Source: Mobula hypostoma (Eukaryota). From it: a DNA stretch of 64,000 nucleotides. Below the pieces are notes generated by a model. That model saw nothing but the letters and a program-made list of their open reading frames with translations, had not been told where the DNA came from and did not search any database. Made by a program: the position numbers and the translations under genes. The stretch is from positions 70,930,001 through 70,994,000 of the forward strand of contig NC_086108.1 of NCBI RefSeq assembly GCF_963921235.1, read 5' to 3'. This document shows positions 1 to 12,746 of this stretch, in pieces (the stretch's first letter is position 1; each line of letters starts with the position of its first letter).

Positions 1-465
1 TTAGCTACTAAGCCCGGCAGAACTATTTCTACTGACAGAGAATGGGTAATGATGGGTTACTGACACCTTAAAACCAGTCGCTCAGGCAGATACGGCTTGT
101 TAGTTGTGCTTGGCAGCACACTTAGGAATAAGAAAACTTTGACCTCAAACCTCTGCTGCCTTGTGGCTATACCCACTCATGGAGGAGGCTTTGGGAGTAA
201 ACACGAGGAAAAATCCAGAGCTGCAGTCCTCAAGACAGTCCTACATTGAGTTGAATGCTGACTGGCCTATCATGCGATGCTGCTGATGCAAAACTGTATC
301 AGTCTCTGCTGTTCTGTTGGATTCATCAGCTGCAAGGGTAGCTGATTGTCCTCAATATTGTGCTGCAGAGTTTGCACACTGTCTTGTATATCGAATGATG
401 GTGTATATCGATTGATGGTGTAGGACGTAACATTGATGGCTGACCCAACCTATGGAAGGCCTAAT
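1..465 (+). mobile_element. Degenerate RTE-related SINE/5'UTR-like repeat, truncated by the window edge
   Basis: Motif CCCACTCATGGAGGAGGCTTTGGGAGTAAACACGAGGAAAAATCCAGAGCTG resembles non-coding RTE-associated repeats as I recall them; no ORF; boundaries approximate. Confidence 0.35.
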
Positions 466-836
466 TTACGTAGGACAGCTGTAATTTGGAATTGAGCTCC
501 ATTTAAAGTGATACTCCAATTATAATCCAGTGAGGAATGGTTCACTCACAACAGCATAGTAAAAGTACAGAAAATGAAAATGAAAATTTTGACATATGGT
601 ACCAAACTGAGAGCTGTCAGAATCAAATGAACACAGCAAACAAACATAATAAGTGTTTCCATTGATTGTCAGTCTCAGAGACTTCCGGTAGAGCTCATGG
701 AGTGAAGTCGTGTTCTTGACTTGTTCCATTACCTCTGAGTTTTATCCTATGATCAGCTACATTTAAGCAAACTTTTAAGGCACCAACTTTTAGAATACCT
801 TGCAGCGGATTGCTATTATATATTTGGATGCTTTTA

Positions 837-1657
837 ATGTCTGCTATGTCTAAGAACGGGAAAGACGGCAAACCTCTGGTTAGACCAAAAGTTACCGACC
901 CCCCCCCCCCGCCCCTCCGATTGAACCAGCGGTAACTTTGCAAGCTGTATCGGATCTGATTCGTGTGGAAGTTTCATCTAAACTGCAGAAAATCATCGAT
1001 GAAATTGATAAGAAGAAAACATCTATCACGGAACATCAGACTGCTATATCTAATCTCCAAGTATCCACGCAACAGAATGAACTCAATATGGGGAAAATTG
1101 AAGAAACAATTACTGCAATGAAGAAAAAACTTGACTTTCTGACCTTCCAAAATTCTGACTTAGAATGCAGAATGCGACGGCAGAATATAAGGATTCTTGG
1201 TCTTCGTGAAGCTGCTGAATCTGATGACCCTATAAAGTTTTTCCCTCAACTTTTAAAGGATTCATTTCCCACCTTATTTCCTGATCAACCACCACTACTG
1301 GATCGGGCTCACAGAGTCCCATTATATTCGCCTAAGTCAGATAAACTTCAGCATGTTATTTTACGATTTCATTATTTTCAAGACAAGGAGAAGCTGCTTC
1401 GCTTTGCTCGACCTAAAGGTTACATTGATTTCTCGGATCTCCACTTTCCATTGGTGGAAGATTTTAGTAAACAGGTTCGTGATCAATGTGTCCATTACAG
1501 ATCTGTGATGTCGGAATTCTACAAGATGGATTTAAAACCAGTGTTGCTTTATCTCACACGTTTGAGGATTTGATTGTCTGATGGGTCTTCCCGTTTTTTC
1601 GACTCTCCTTCGGAAGCCCAGAGTTACCTGGATCAACACCTGCCTTCAACATCTTAA
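837..1657 (+). pseudogene. L1 ORF1p (coiled coil + RRM), frameshift in the C-run and a premature stop at 1571-1573
   Basis: ORF 938-1573 contains DLECRMRRQNIRILGL and LDRAHR motifs of L1 ORF1/Transposase_22. Confidence 0.85.
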
Positions 1658-2363
1658 TCGCACTATTAAATCATCTCTGTCTGATCAGAGGCAGTTAATC
1701 TGTTGGGTTTAATTTTTTTCTTTTGCTTTATATGAGGGCAGAAATGTTTTTTTTTGGTTTAATTAATATGGTTGCCAAACCTTTTTTTAACTGCGTCATC
1801 CCTTTCTTCTTCCCTGGGGATTCTGGGTGGCCATTCCCACAGCATCATTTTACACATAACCCTGGAGGCCTTAAACTTTGTAGTTTTCAAACGTACCTTT
1901 TGTAGTTTTCTTGGCTAGTCTATGCTAATATTTCATTTTCTTGTTTAATTATACAGTCTGTTGTAGGTTAACGGTTTTCTTTACATGTACCTGTTTTTTC
2001 TTTGTATTATATTGTTTTTGTTTTAATCGGTGTACTTTTTTTTACTCCTTTACTGTTTTATAACTTTAGCTGATCTTTTTATATATACACTTTTTTTAGT
2101 GAGCGTCTATTGGACGTCATGGGGGTGGATCTAGTGCTCGCTTCCTTCTGGCTAGTCTATCTTAGATTTAGCTTTGGGGTTACGGGGCGGAGGGTGGGGG
2201 GGCTTCACTTTTTAGTTTTTCTTTCTTCTTGGGCTACTTATATTACTGAACTATTTGTCACGTTCTCTTTCCCATTATCTATTGTTTATTCTGATCCCTT
2301 TCCGGGTTCGTGGGTCGAACCTATTGTCAATCCTCCTTTATTTGAGGGTTGACTTTAGGGATT

Positions 2364-5300
2364 ATGGAGTCTATTATTAATTTTGTCTCTTGGAATACTA
2401 ACGGTCTTAATCACCCAATAAAAAGGAAAAAAAATCTTTAAAGTATTCCGGAGACTTAAAGTACATATTCTATTTTTATAAGAGACCCATGTGCGGAGGG
2501 GGGACAGATTACATTTTTTTTAAGTTCTGGAAGGGTCAACACTTTCATTCGAATTCCAATGCCAAAATTTAAGGAGTTTCTATTTTTATAGATCCCTCAA
2601 TCACTTTTGTGCAACACGATATTATTTCTGATCCGAATGGTAGATTTCTATTGGTTAGTGGTTTACTCTTTAATAAAAAGGTAGTTTTGGTTAACGTCTA
2701 TGCTCCTAACCTGGACTGTCTGGAATTTTATAAATCATTATTTAATTTGTTCCCGAATTTGAATGAATTTTCACTAATCTGGGGCGGAGATCTTAATACT
2801 TGTTTATCCCCATTATTGGACCGTTGGGCTCCTCTACGGACTCTACCCAATAAATCTGCAACCTTGATTAATTCATTTCTCTCAGATTCCGGGTCGACGG
2901 ACATTTGGCATTTTTTGCATCCCCAGGAAAAAGATTTATCTTTTTTTTCACATGTTCATCATTCCTATTCAATAATTGATTATTTTTTTATTGACTCTCG
3001 TCTTACTTCTTCAGTGGTTAAATGTGCATATGACTCTATAACCATTTCGGATCATGCTCCACTTAAGCTTTCTAGTAAAATATTGGCCAATACCCAAAAT
3101 AATAGACAATGGCGTTTTAATTCGCTGTTGCTTCAGGACTTGGATTTTGTTAACTTTATGAGTGAACAGATTGATCTCTTGTTTACAATTAACTGTACAA
3201 AGTATATATCCATAAACACCCTTTGGGATACTTTTAAAGCCTATACTCGTGGCCAGATCATCTCATATTCTGCTGCTTTGAGGAAAAGGTTGAAGGAGGA
3301 GGAGCTGGTTCTTGTGGACAAGATTAAGGAAATTGATAAGAAATATGCTACAGCTCCCTCTGAGAAGTTGTATAAACAAAGAACTGAACTTCAAATGGAA
3401 CACAGTTTATTACTTTCATCCTCTATTGCAAATCAATTAATAAAAACAAGAAGTGAATTTTATATACATAGTGACAAAGTTGGTAAACTGTTGGCTAATC
3501 AGTTGAAGACTAACTCTACTAAATTTCAAATTAATCAGATTTATAATTAAAAAGATCAACTGACATTTGATCAAGCTGAGATTAATCAATCCTTTTTTGA
3601 CTTTTATTCCTCCTTATATCAATCAGAGTCTCCACAAGATTCTAAACATATGTATGACTTTTTAGATAACCTAGATTTCCCTAAGATTTCACACGATATA
3701 TCTCCTATGTTAGACACTTCCTTTACCACTGATGAGATTAAGAATATTATTTTTTCCATGAACCCGGGGAAAGCTCCTGGTCCTGATGGGTTTACCCCGG
3801 AATTTTATAAATTTTTTGCATCCTCCTTAATCCCTTGGCTATTCAGGGTTCTGGAGGCCTCATTAAAACTTGGTAAACTATCCGAATCCTTTTATAGAGC
3901 ATCGATCTCTTTGATATTAAAGAAGGATAAAGAACCTGCTCAATGTGCATCTTATAGACCAATATCTTTGTTAAATGTTGACTCTAAAATTTTTTCTGAA
4001 TTATTAGCAGACTAGAAAAAACACTTCCTTATATTATCTTGGAAGACCAAACGGGTTTTATTAAAAATCATTACTCTTTTTATAATATTCGTACACTTTT
4101 AAACATTGTCTATACCCCGTCACAAAATGATCCTGAATGCGTCATTTCCCTAGACGCTGAAAAAGCCTTTGACAGGGTCGAATGGCCTTACTTATTTAAG
4201 GTGCTCGAAATGTTTAACTTCAGCTCGAAATTTATATCCTGGATCAAATTGTTATATCATTCTCCTATGGCCTCAGTTCGTACTAACTCTTTAAATTCAC
4301 CTTTTTTTCCCTCTTTTTCGAGGTACCAGACAAGGTTGTCCTCTTAGTCCTTTATTATTTGATATTGCATTAGAACCTCTTGCAATTGCTATTCGAGAAT
4401 CTCTTAATATTATTGATATAACTCGTGGTTTAAAGTCTCATAAAGTATCACTTTATGCTAATGACTTACTTTTATATATTTCTAATCCTCAAAAATCTAT
4501 TCCTGCAGCTTTAGATTTATTAGCACAATTTAGTCTTTTTTCGGGTTATAAGTTAAATCTCAGTAAGAGTGAAATTTTCCCGATTAATAAGCAAGTTCCC
4601 TTATATCAGAACCTCCTGTTTAAATTGGTTAATAATCATTTTTCATATCTTGGGATTAAAATTACCTGTAAACATAAGGATTTATTTAAGACTAATTTCC
4701 TACCCTTAATTGATCACATTACACAACTTTCATTTAAATGGTCTCCACTTTATTTAACTTTGATTGGTTGTATTAATGCTGTTAAGATGTTTATTCTGCC
4801 AAAATTTTTATATATATTTCAGGCATTACCGATTTTTGTTCCAAAATCCTTTTTTGACAAAGTTGACTCTAAAATTTCTTCATTTATTTGGTACAATAAA
4901 AACCCCAGACTGGGTAGAATACATCTACAGAAAGCTAAGAGAGATGGAGGTTTGGCATTACCTAATTTTAGATTCTATTATTGGGCAATTAATATTCGAC
5001 ACATGAAATTTTGGTTACTTGACCAAGATATACTATCCATTCCTAAATGGGTAGTATTGGAATTACAATCTGTTCAGGGTTACGCACTTGGCTCCATTTT
5101 AGGTTCTTCTCTTCCTTTCGATTTGAAATGCCATAAACAGGTTTGTAACCCGATAGTTAAACATACCTTACGTATCTGGTTACAATTCCGAAAATTTTTC
5201 GATCTTAATCAATTTGGGCTAGCGATTCCTATTTTAGGCAACATATTCTTTCCCCCCTCTTCTACGGACCGTGCCTTTCAAATTTGGAAGACCAATGGTA

Positions 5301-6137
5301 TATCACGGTTTTTGGATTTATTTTCAGATGGCTCCCTTATGTCTTTTAAACAATTATCTAACAAATATAACTTACCAAGAATACATTTTTTTAGATATCT
5401 CCAAGTTAGAAATTTCCTAAGTACCATACTTTCTTCCTTTCCCGGCGTTACCCCCTACATATATTTTAGATACTATAATTAACCTTAACCCATGTCAGAA
5501 AGGTGTAACGGCTATTATTTATAATACTATCATGAAACTTAGGAAAGCTCCATTCAATAAGATTAGGTCAGATTGGGAAAAGGAATTGGGCTTCACTATT
5601 TTGGCAGATGACTGGGTGCATATTTTACAACTAGTCAATACTTCCTCTATCTGTTCCAAACATTCCCTAATTCAATTTAAAGTTGTTCATAGAGCACATA
5701 TGTCTAAAGATAAATTAGCTCATTTTTATTCTCATATTAACCCTCTTTGTGACATGTCATGGGGAGATAGCTTCCTTAACTCATATGTTTTGGTCCTGTC
5801 CTACTTTGGAAACTTTTTGGAAGACATTTTTAATATTATCTCAAAGGTATTGAATACAGATATTTCTCCCCATCCTATTACTGCTATCTTTGGATTACCT
5901 AAAATTTCCAGTAATCTTTCTCCTTCAGCCCGTAGAATGATTGCATTTTTTACTTTAAAGGCAAAAAGATGTATTTTACAACATTGGAAGGAGATTAATG
6001 CCCCAACTACATTTTTTTGGTTTTCTCAGATGATACTATGTTTAAATTTGGACAAAATCAGAAGTAATCTCTATGATGCTTCAGTTAAATTTGAACAGAC
6101 TTGGAGATCTTTTATTCAACATTTTCATTTAATGTAA
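2364..6137 (+). pseudogene. L1 ORF2p (APE endonuclease, reverse transcriptase, C-terminal Cys region), broken by stops and frameshifts
   Basis: SWNTNGLN, NVYAPN, GGDLN, SDHAP, KAPGPDGF, YRPISLLNVDSKI, SLDAEKAFDRVEW across ORF pieces 2609-3550, 3650-4015, 4039-4347, 4625-5482, 5532-6137. Confidence 0.92.
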
Positions 6138-7240
6138 CTTTTTTTTTCTCTTTACCCATATTTACATTCCCTTCTTGCTTTTTAACTGTTTTTAATGGAG
6201 GTTGGGTTTGAGGACGTGATTGTTTTAAGCTGTTTAAGTCTACTTGATACCTAGTTAGCCCATTGCTTTGCTTTACTTTTTAGATTAGCTGCACGGTGGG
6301 TTTTTTTTTGGGGTCTTTTTTTGGGTTTTTTCTTCTCTTTATTGATATATATGGAAAATTAGTATACTATTATATTACCTCATTATTTTATAACTAAACT
6401 GCACTGTTTGTACTACTTTTCTTCGTGTATTAATATCTCTTGTAAATTTATATCGCAACAGTGTATTAGTTTCTACACGGTTTACCTTTTGTGTACTAAT
6501 TCAATAAAAAGGTTTAAAAAGAAAGATTGTCAGTCTCTAGAAGCTAAGGACAATATTCTGGTTAAGAATAACAAAAAAAGCTGTAAATTCTCAGTATATT
6601 AATAATTTCAGGTAATAACCTGAACTGCTTTCTTCCAATATTGAAAATGTTATACAAGCACACAAAAATCAGTAAGATATCTTAATTCCCCAAAATAGAG
6701 TAAATAAGGAGAGAGGGGTTATTTCCTAGTGGCTGTAAACAGAGGACACCAATTTAATTCAATTAGATAAAGAAACAGTGGAAACCTTTTGTGGAAACTT
6801 TATATAGTAGGGATGTGAATGATATACTCAATTCCTCTCTCTTATATTCCTAAAAAGGAAACTGCTGCAGATGTTGGAACTGAAATGAAAACAGATAAAC
6901 TGCAAACATTAAGCAGGTTAGATTACTATTGTGATGAGTGAAAAACAGGGTTATTGCTCCAGATTGATAACCATGCAGCTAACCAGTCACTGCCAGAGAA
7001 TTTGCCGTACATTTCACTCATCACAGATCTTAACTGTTTGTTAGGGATTTCTGGAAATTTTGTCTGAATGTCAACAGTTATTGTAGGAAGGAAAAATGGA
7101 TGTCCGTCTTACTTATCTTGAGGATTCAAATGTCTTACTTACCTTTTAAAATGTATACACATACGATCTGAAAAATATTGTCATACTAACTACAGGTGTA
7201 CCTTGAACAATTTTGAAAAAACATAATCACCAACACCAAC

Positions 7241-7332
7241 CTGATTTTTGTAGATATAGTTGTATTTTGCTAAATGTTTGTCTTGGCAGCCAGCCCAACC
7301 CAACAGGATTGTCACCGGGTCTTCTTTTAGGT
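7241..7332 (-). CDS. TMEM53: TMEM53 coding exon 2 (92 nt): DLKEDPVTILLGWAGCQDKHLAKYNYIYKNQ
   Basis: Matches TMEM53/DUF829 motif (human [23 protein letters not shown], from memory); acceptor tgtgtattttag, donor gttggt; phase 1 start fits exon 1. The large exon 3 was not found in the window. Confidence 0.9.
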
Positions 7333-7879
7333 CTAAAATACACAAAATCAGATATTCTCTTTTCAACAATGCAGGTACTTTTTTTAAAAATGGAATCTGA
7401 ATAGGTCTAGCTTTGTTAAAATGGACTGATACAGAACATGTAATAGTAATCAGTTGGTTACAATATTCTCTTCTCATTTTAAGCATTCAGATTGCAGTTG
7501 AACTTTTACTGGAATGAAAGTCTGTCCTGCCGATTGTAGGTTTTTGAAAGATGTACTTGTATAATCTGTAACACTGTGCAAAGCAATCCATAATCGAAAC
7601 AATCGAAAGGGTAGAAATTAATAGAGAAGTAGAAGATTAGTGAGATTTTGATTAAAAAAACTAGGTTGTGTTCAAACAGAGCACATACTCAAAAATTCTG
7701 TTTTGCCAAATCCTAATTTTTGTTAACTATCATATTACAAGGTAGGCAGATACGAAATACAGAAATTCAGTATCTGGAGAGAATGGATTGCTCATCTGAC
7801 AAGGAAATTAGCAATAAGTACAAGATAAATCAAAGGAGATAACTGATTGGATAAAGTTTCTACAAAAGGCAGAAAGTTT

Positions 7880-8100
7880 CTACATCTGTGGAATACTCTG
7901 CCACGGACTGCAGTGGAGGCCAAGTCCATGCGTATATTTAAGGTGGAAGTTGATCGTTTCCTGATCAGTCAGGGGATCAAAGGATTGGCGAGAAGGCAGG
8001 TGTATGGTGTTGAGTGGGATCCAGGATCAGTCATGATGGAATAACAGAGCAGGCTCAATGGGCTGAATGGCCTAATTCTGCTCCTATGTCTTATGGTCTA
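7880..8100 (+). mobile_element. CR1 LINE 3' end fragment
   Basis: LWNTLPRTAVEA..FKVEVDRFL and CR1 tail GGGCTGAATGGCCTAATTCTGCTCCTATGTCTTATGG. Confidence 0.8.
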
Positions 8101-8654
8101 AGTGTACTGACCATGCATTTTTTGACCTGACAGTGAATCATTAGAAAATTAAAATAGATTGGATGGTGAAAATCCGAATTATATCCTGAAATTGCTGGAA
8201 ATGTGCTATCTGCTTTAGTGAAGTTTACATTTCAGCTGATTGATTTTTGTTAGTAGAATCTTAGTAATCAGGAGTTCCTGGCACCGGACCACGAGGGTAG
8301 TTAAGATCTCTAGTCACCAGTTAGATCTGGTAACAGGAGCAGAATCAGCTGTATATCAGATGCTAGGAGGTCCACTAACACCTTTCCCTATATGACTGCT
8401 TTTTCATCTGTTGGAACCCAGGCCCATGATGATGTACGTAGTTGGTCAACTAGAATAGAAGTTACGTAATTTTGTCTATACAGGGGAATTTTCCCCCAGT
8501 AAAATTCCATTATGCTAAATATATTGTTTCCTAAGTTGGATGCTTGAAACTTGGTGTAAGCCGAGCAGGCCATCGGTGAAGCTGTTCAACATCACGTCCA
8601 TATCCTCCAGACACAGTTCAGTATTCAACTGAGGGGCCACTTGAATATTCAAGA

Positions 8655-9330
8655 AGCTGAAGTCAAAGTCAAGATGGTTGTCATATGCAAAAGTACATGT
8701 AAAATTTTAACTTGTAGCTGCATCACAGGCACAACAATAACAAGATAAACACAGATTAAACATTGTATACAATTTTCAGAAGAAAGACAATAATAAGAAC
8801 ACAAAAAATGACAAAGTCCACTGTAGTGCAAAGTGGTCAATGGGGTTATGGTGTTGCTATACTGGAACATCGATTAGGGTTGCGCAGGTTGTTTCAAGAG
8901 CCGAATGATTCAAGGAATTAACTGCTCTTGAATCTGGTGGCGTGGGACTTCAAGTTTCTAGACCTCCTGCCTGATGATAGCTTCTAGATGGCATGGCCTG
9001 GATGGGGCAATCTTAGGTGATAGACATTGCTTTCTTCAGGCAATGCTTCATGTAGATGCATTCGATGTTGTAGAGGGATGTGTGTAATGTGGCTAAATCC
9101 ACTATTCCCTGAAGCTTCTTACGTTCATGTGCATTTGAATAGCCAAAGCAGACCACAATACAACCAGTTAGGATACTTTCAACAATATATCGGCAGAAGT
9201 TTATTGCTGTTTGCTGACATGCGGAATCTCGCCCTTCCTTGTGATTACATCTACGCTGTGAGCTCAGGACAGATCATTCAATATAACTCCCTGGAATTCA
9301 AAGTGCTGACCCTCTCCACCATGATAGTTT
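8655..9330 (-). mobile_element. Degenerate Rex1/Babar-like LINE 3' fragment
   Basis: Similar to the better-preserved minus-strand copy at 53477-54330; TTGACT-type tail. Confidence 0.55.
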
Positions 9331-10029
9331 ACATAATGTCAGAATAATTGCATGATTACAGAATGTCACCAAAATAGATTGAAATATATAGGCAGTGCAG
9401 AGAAATAGCCTTTAAGAAGATAAACTATTTAGAGGCTAATTAGCCCATTCCTATAATATGTAATGCTGTTTTTTATTGATTAAACTCAACTTAAGTACCA
9501 GGTCCCATCTGCAGGTGGATCAAAAACTTCCTTTCTGACAACAGTATGTAAGACTAAGCTGTGATGGTATTGGGTTTGCTGAGTGTGACGTTCTAAACTC
9601 AAACTAAGATCTTAAGTCCTGTATGTAAATAGCTATGAGTACCCTCACTAAAGGGAGGTTATACTGTAGCTACCTACTCTTCAAAGTCCAGTTCACTACC
9701 TGTTTATCATCCATGGTGAGTTTAGCTGCCATTACCCACTATTTGATTGGACAGTCCCCTTCTCCCTACCAAGGAGAGGATACTTTCAGCTAACAAAGTA
9801 GTTTAAACACAGTTCACGTAATTTTAGTGATACAAGTTGAAAGTTAGATAAACTTCTTAAAACATATTTAAAACAAAGATGTTTTTCATCTTATAAAATA
9901 TTTCCAAATTACAAACATTTTAAAAACACAAGTGATCTCTAAAGCACAGGTACAATTCCGATAAGCTGAAAAGACATACCAATGAGTTGCAGGTGAACAA
10001 GTCATCTGTTGCAGAAATCAAAGGCGAAG

Positions 10030-10330
10030 GAATGGATTCTAGTTCACCCTGACTTTCTGCCATTCTTTTTGATGTTTTTTGATCATTCCTAACAAGCTTG
10101 ACAGTTGTCTTACATTTGTACTATTTTTCTACCGCTTGGGTGACTTCACACGCCTGTGATATTTTTTCAGATACTTTTTTTACACAGATGGTCTAAAAGC
10201 TCCTGCCAATGAGTTCTCAAACAGCCAATATCAATGCTGAGAATACTGACTCAGAGTACACAAACATCCCAGATGAGCTATTTGATATGCCAGCAGGTAG
10301 TATTAATCTGGTCTGCAAGCTTCATTGGAT
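10030..10330 (-). mobile_element. Possible ancient Gypsy-like RT remnant
   Basis: Minus-strand hand translations RLILPAGISNSSGMF and NVRQLSSLLGMI resemble Gypsy RT motifs RLPFGISSAPGIF and NVxQLRSFLGM; heavily decayed. Confidence 0.25.
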
Positions 10331-10429
10331 TAAATAATTTAGCTAGTGTTGTCTGGTTTGAAACTGGCCAAATAACGTAACATTTCAACCAGCCCTGCGC
10401 CGTGGGCTAATAGTCTATGCTCTATAGAG

Positions 10430-11375
10430 AGTGCTGTTTGTAGGCCCCCTGGCCCTGGACAATGAACTACATCTCCACATCTTGCTCAGTCACAGGGGTG
10501 TGTTCTCTCCCCTCCTGTTTTCTCTACATGCTAATAAATATATCTCTGTTGATCCATCAGTTTGCAGACAATATCACTGTTACTGGACTAACAACTTGCA
10601 GCTGAATGCCCTCAAAACCATGGAGATACATTTTGACTTTAAGAGAAATGTATCTCCTCTGCACCCACTCATTATCAACAACTCTACAGTTAGCACTGTT
10701 TCAATATTCAGGTTCTTGAACATCATTATTTTGCAGGACCTCATGTGGCAGAATGATATCTCCTTCATTAAGGAAAGTTTAGCAGGGGATGTACTTGTGG
10801 CAGTTGGTAAAATTCCATCTTCCCCAGAATATGTTGATTCAATTCTACACTGCCACCATAGACAGCATCCTTACATCTGCCATTACTGTCTGGTTTGGTA
10901 CAGCATCCTCTGACAATATACAAAACGACAGCAAACCGTCAGGTCAGCAGAAGAGGTCATGGGCTTCAGTGTGCCATGACTGTAGGACATGTATGTGTCC
11001 AGGATAAAGAAGTAGGCAGGAAAAACCATTGCAGACACTACCCACCCAGCAAACTACCTTTTCCAAAAGCTCCCTTACAGAAAGTGCTATACAGCTATTC
11101 ATCCGAAAACTTCATGGCATCTTAAATGTTTCTTCCCCCAGGCAGGTAATCTGATCAACCATTCTAGTTACCCCTATTCCCCTCTAGCTATAACCTCAGT
11201 CACAACATGCACACACTTTTTACAAGTGCTATTTTTGTATTTATACAAATTTTATTCCTTTAAACTTTAATTTTATATAATTTTAAAAATATAATTGTTT
11301 AATGTTGTGCCAACACTCTACTGCAAATTTCTAATACTTGTAAATGTATATTGCAAATAAAGTTTTTCCTTGACT
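10430..11375 (+). mobile_element. Rex1/Babar-like LINE 3' fragment
   Basis: NNLQLNALKTME, FYTATIDSILTSAITVWFG motifs; AATAAA near 11357. Confidence 0.75.
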
Positions 11376-11389
11376 CTTCGATTTGTCTG

Positions 11390-12585
11390 GTATGGCAGAG
11401 CTACTGCACAAAATTGAAGCAAGTTGCAGAAATTTGTAAAATTAGTCAGCTCCATCATGGGTCAGCCTCCTTTGTATCCAAGACATCTTGAAGGAGCGGT
11501 GCCTGAGGAAGGCAGTATCTATCATTAACGATCCCTATCACCCAGGATATACCCTCTTCACATGGGTACCGTCAGAAAGGTGGTGCAGAAGCCTGAAAGC
11601 ACACACTCAGTGATTCAGCAACAGCTTCTTCCCCTCTGCCATCCAATTTCTACATGGACATTAAACTCATGAACACTAACCATATAACTATTACAGCACG
11701 GAAACAGGCCGTCTCGGCCCTTCTAAGTCCGTGCCGAATGCTACTCTCACCTAGTCCCACCGACCTGCACTCAGCCCACCTCATTACTTTTTTAAAATTT
11801 AACTACTTAATAAGAAGGTTCAAAAAGTTCATTTATTATCAAAGTATACCACTCTGAAATTCTTCTTCTCCAGCTAGCCACAAAACCAAGAAAAGAATGG
11901 CAGCACGGTCATCAGCCCCCAAATCCCTCCTCCCCAGACACGAAAAAAGAATGAAAATGGCAAAGGGCCATCAACACCCAAATCCCCCTTCCCTGTATAC
12001 ACACACAAACAGAAAAAGCTCTGGCAAAAACACTATATATATATAAAAAACTATACTACTGTAAAACGTATATAGTCCAAGTCCATATCCAAAATGTAGA
12101 AAACCTGGATAACATTCTCTGGTATAGCAGTAGGCCTTTCCCTCTCCGGCAGCAGAGCAATCTCCTAGCTATCAAAAGGCAGGCTCCCTTCTCCATAGTA
12201 CAGCGATCTCATCGGCGATCAAAAGGTGGGCGGCTCACGGCCATCCTGCAGTCTTCCTGTCATGAGTCTCGCTCACGTAGCCTCTGCAACTCGGAATTCT
12301 CTCAGAGACTACAGAGCGCTGTAACACTCCAACAATCTCCAAACTCCAAATCACGGGGCTCCAACAGTTCCAGAAACACATTCAAGATGAAAAACAAACG
12401 TAAAAGACGAAAAAAAGAAGTGAACTATATGGCTGTCGACCGAAGAAACCTCGTACGCAGGCGCCATCTTGACCGTTATTGTAAACTTACAGTACAGTAA
12501 TTCATTTTTTCACTCGACTGCTGCCGTCAAGTTAACGAATTTCACCACATGTGCCGGTGATATCAAATCTGATTCTGATCCTTGA
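11390..12585 (+). mobile_element. Rex1-like 3' end, interrupted by a CR1 tail (~11680-11780, -) and by the element at 11812-12474
   Basis: RCLRKAVSIINDPYHPG-type coding remnant; the tail resumes at 12476 and ends in ATCTGATTCTGAT. Confidence 0.6.
11812..12474 (-). mobile_element. Non-autonomous retroposon-like element (5' GGTCAAGATGGCG, 3' AATAAATGAACTTTTTGAACC)
   Basis: No ORF; its 3' part is shared with 35275-35640; interrupts a Rex1-like tail. Confidence 0.5.
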
Positions 12586-12691
12586 TGAACTGCTAACTGC
12601 CTAAAGCTATTTCTCTGTTTCCGCAACTCGCCGCATGAAGAGGTTACCTTGTAAAAAAGATCAAAGCGAATCAGGCTGCGACCTGAATTAC

Positions 12692-12746
12692 CTGAGACGG
12701 TGGGATCAGGAAAGACGATGGTGTACTCCAGCTCCGAGTCGCGCAT
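12692..12746 (-). CDS. TMEM53: TMEM53 coding exon 1 (55 nt): MRDSELEYTIVFPDPTVS
   Basis: Similar to human TMEM53 N-terminus MASAELDYTIEIPD (from memory); ACCATG start; donor CAG|GTAATT in phase 1 joins exon 2 in frame. Confidence 0.88.

Larger units (their letters stand above)
677..6524 (+). mobile_element. Full-length L1 (L1/Tx1 clade) LINE, inactivated, antisense in TMEM53 intron 2
   Basis: 13-bp TSD GATTGTCAGTCTC at 664-676 and 6525-6537; 5' GACTTCCGGT start; ORF1, ~700-bp T-rich spacer, ORF2; AATAAA plus A-rich tail at ~6503-6524. Confidence 0.95.

Noticed and set aside
8250..8645. Coding-looking unique stretch in TMEM53 intron 1
   Set aside because: Short frames with stops and no recognisable homology or convincing splice-site pair.
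9641..9656. 16-nt match ACCCTCACTAAAGGGA to the phage T3 promoter
   Set aside because: The upstream AATTA is missing and no polylinker or other vector sequence is recognisable around it; treated as coincidence (a UniVec screen would settle it).
12510..12691. Extension of the TMEM53 exon 1 ORF to a second donor AAG|GTAACC near 12648
   Set aside because: A phase-0 donor would frameshift exon 2; the phase-1 donor at 12691 fits.
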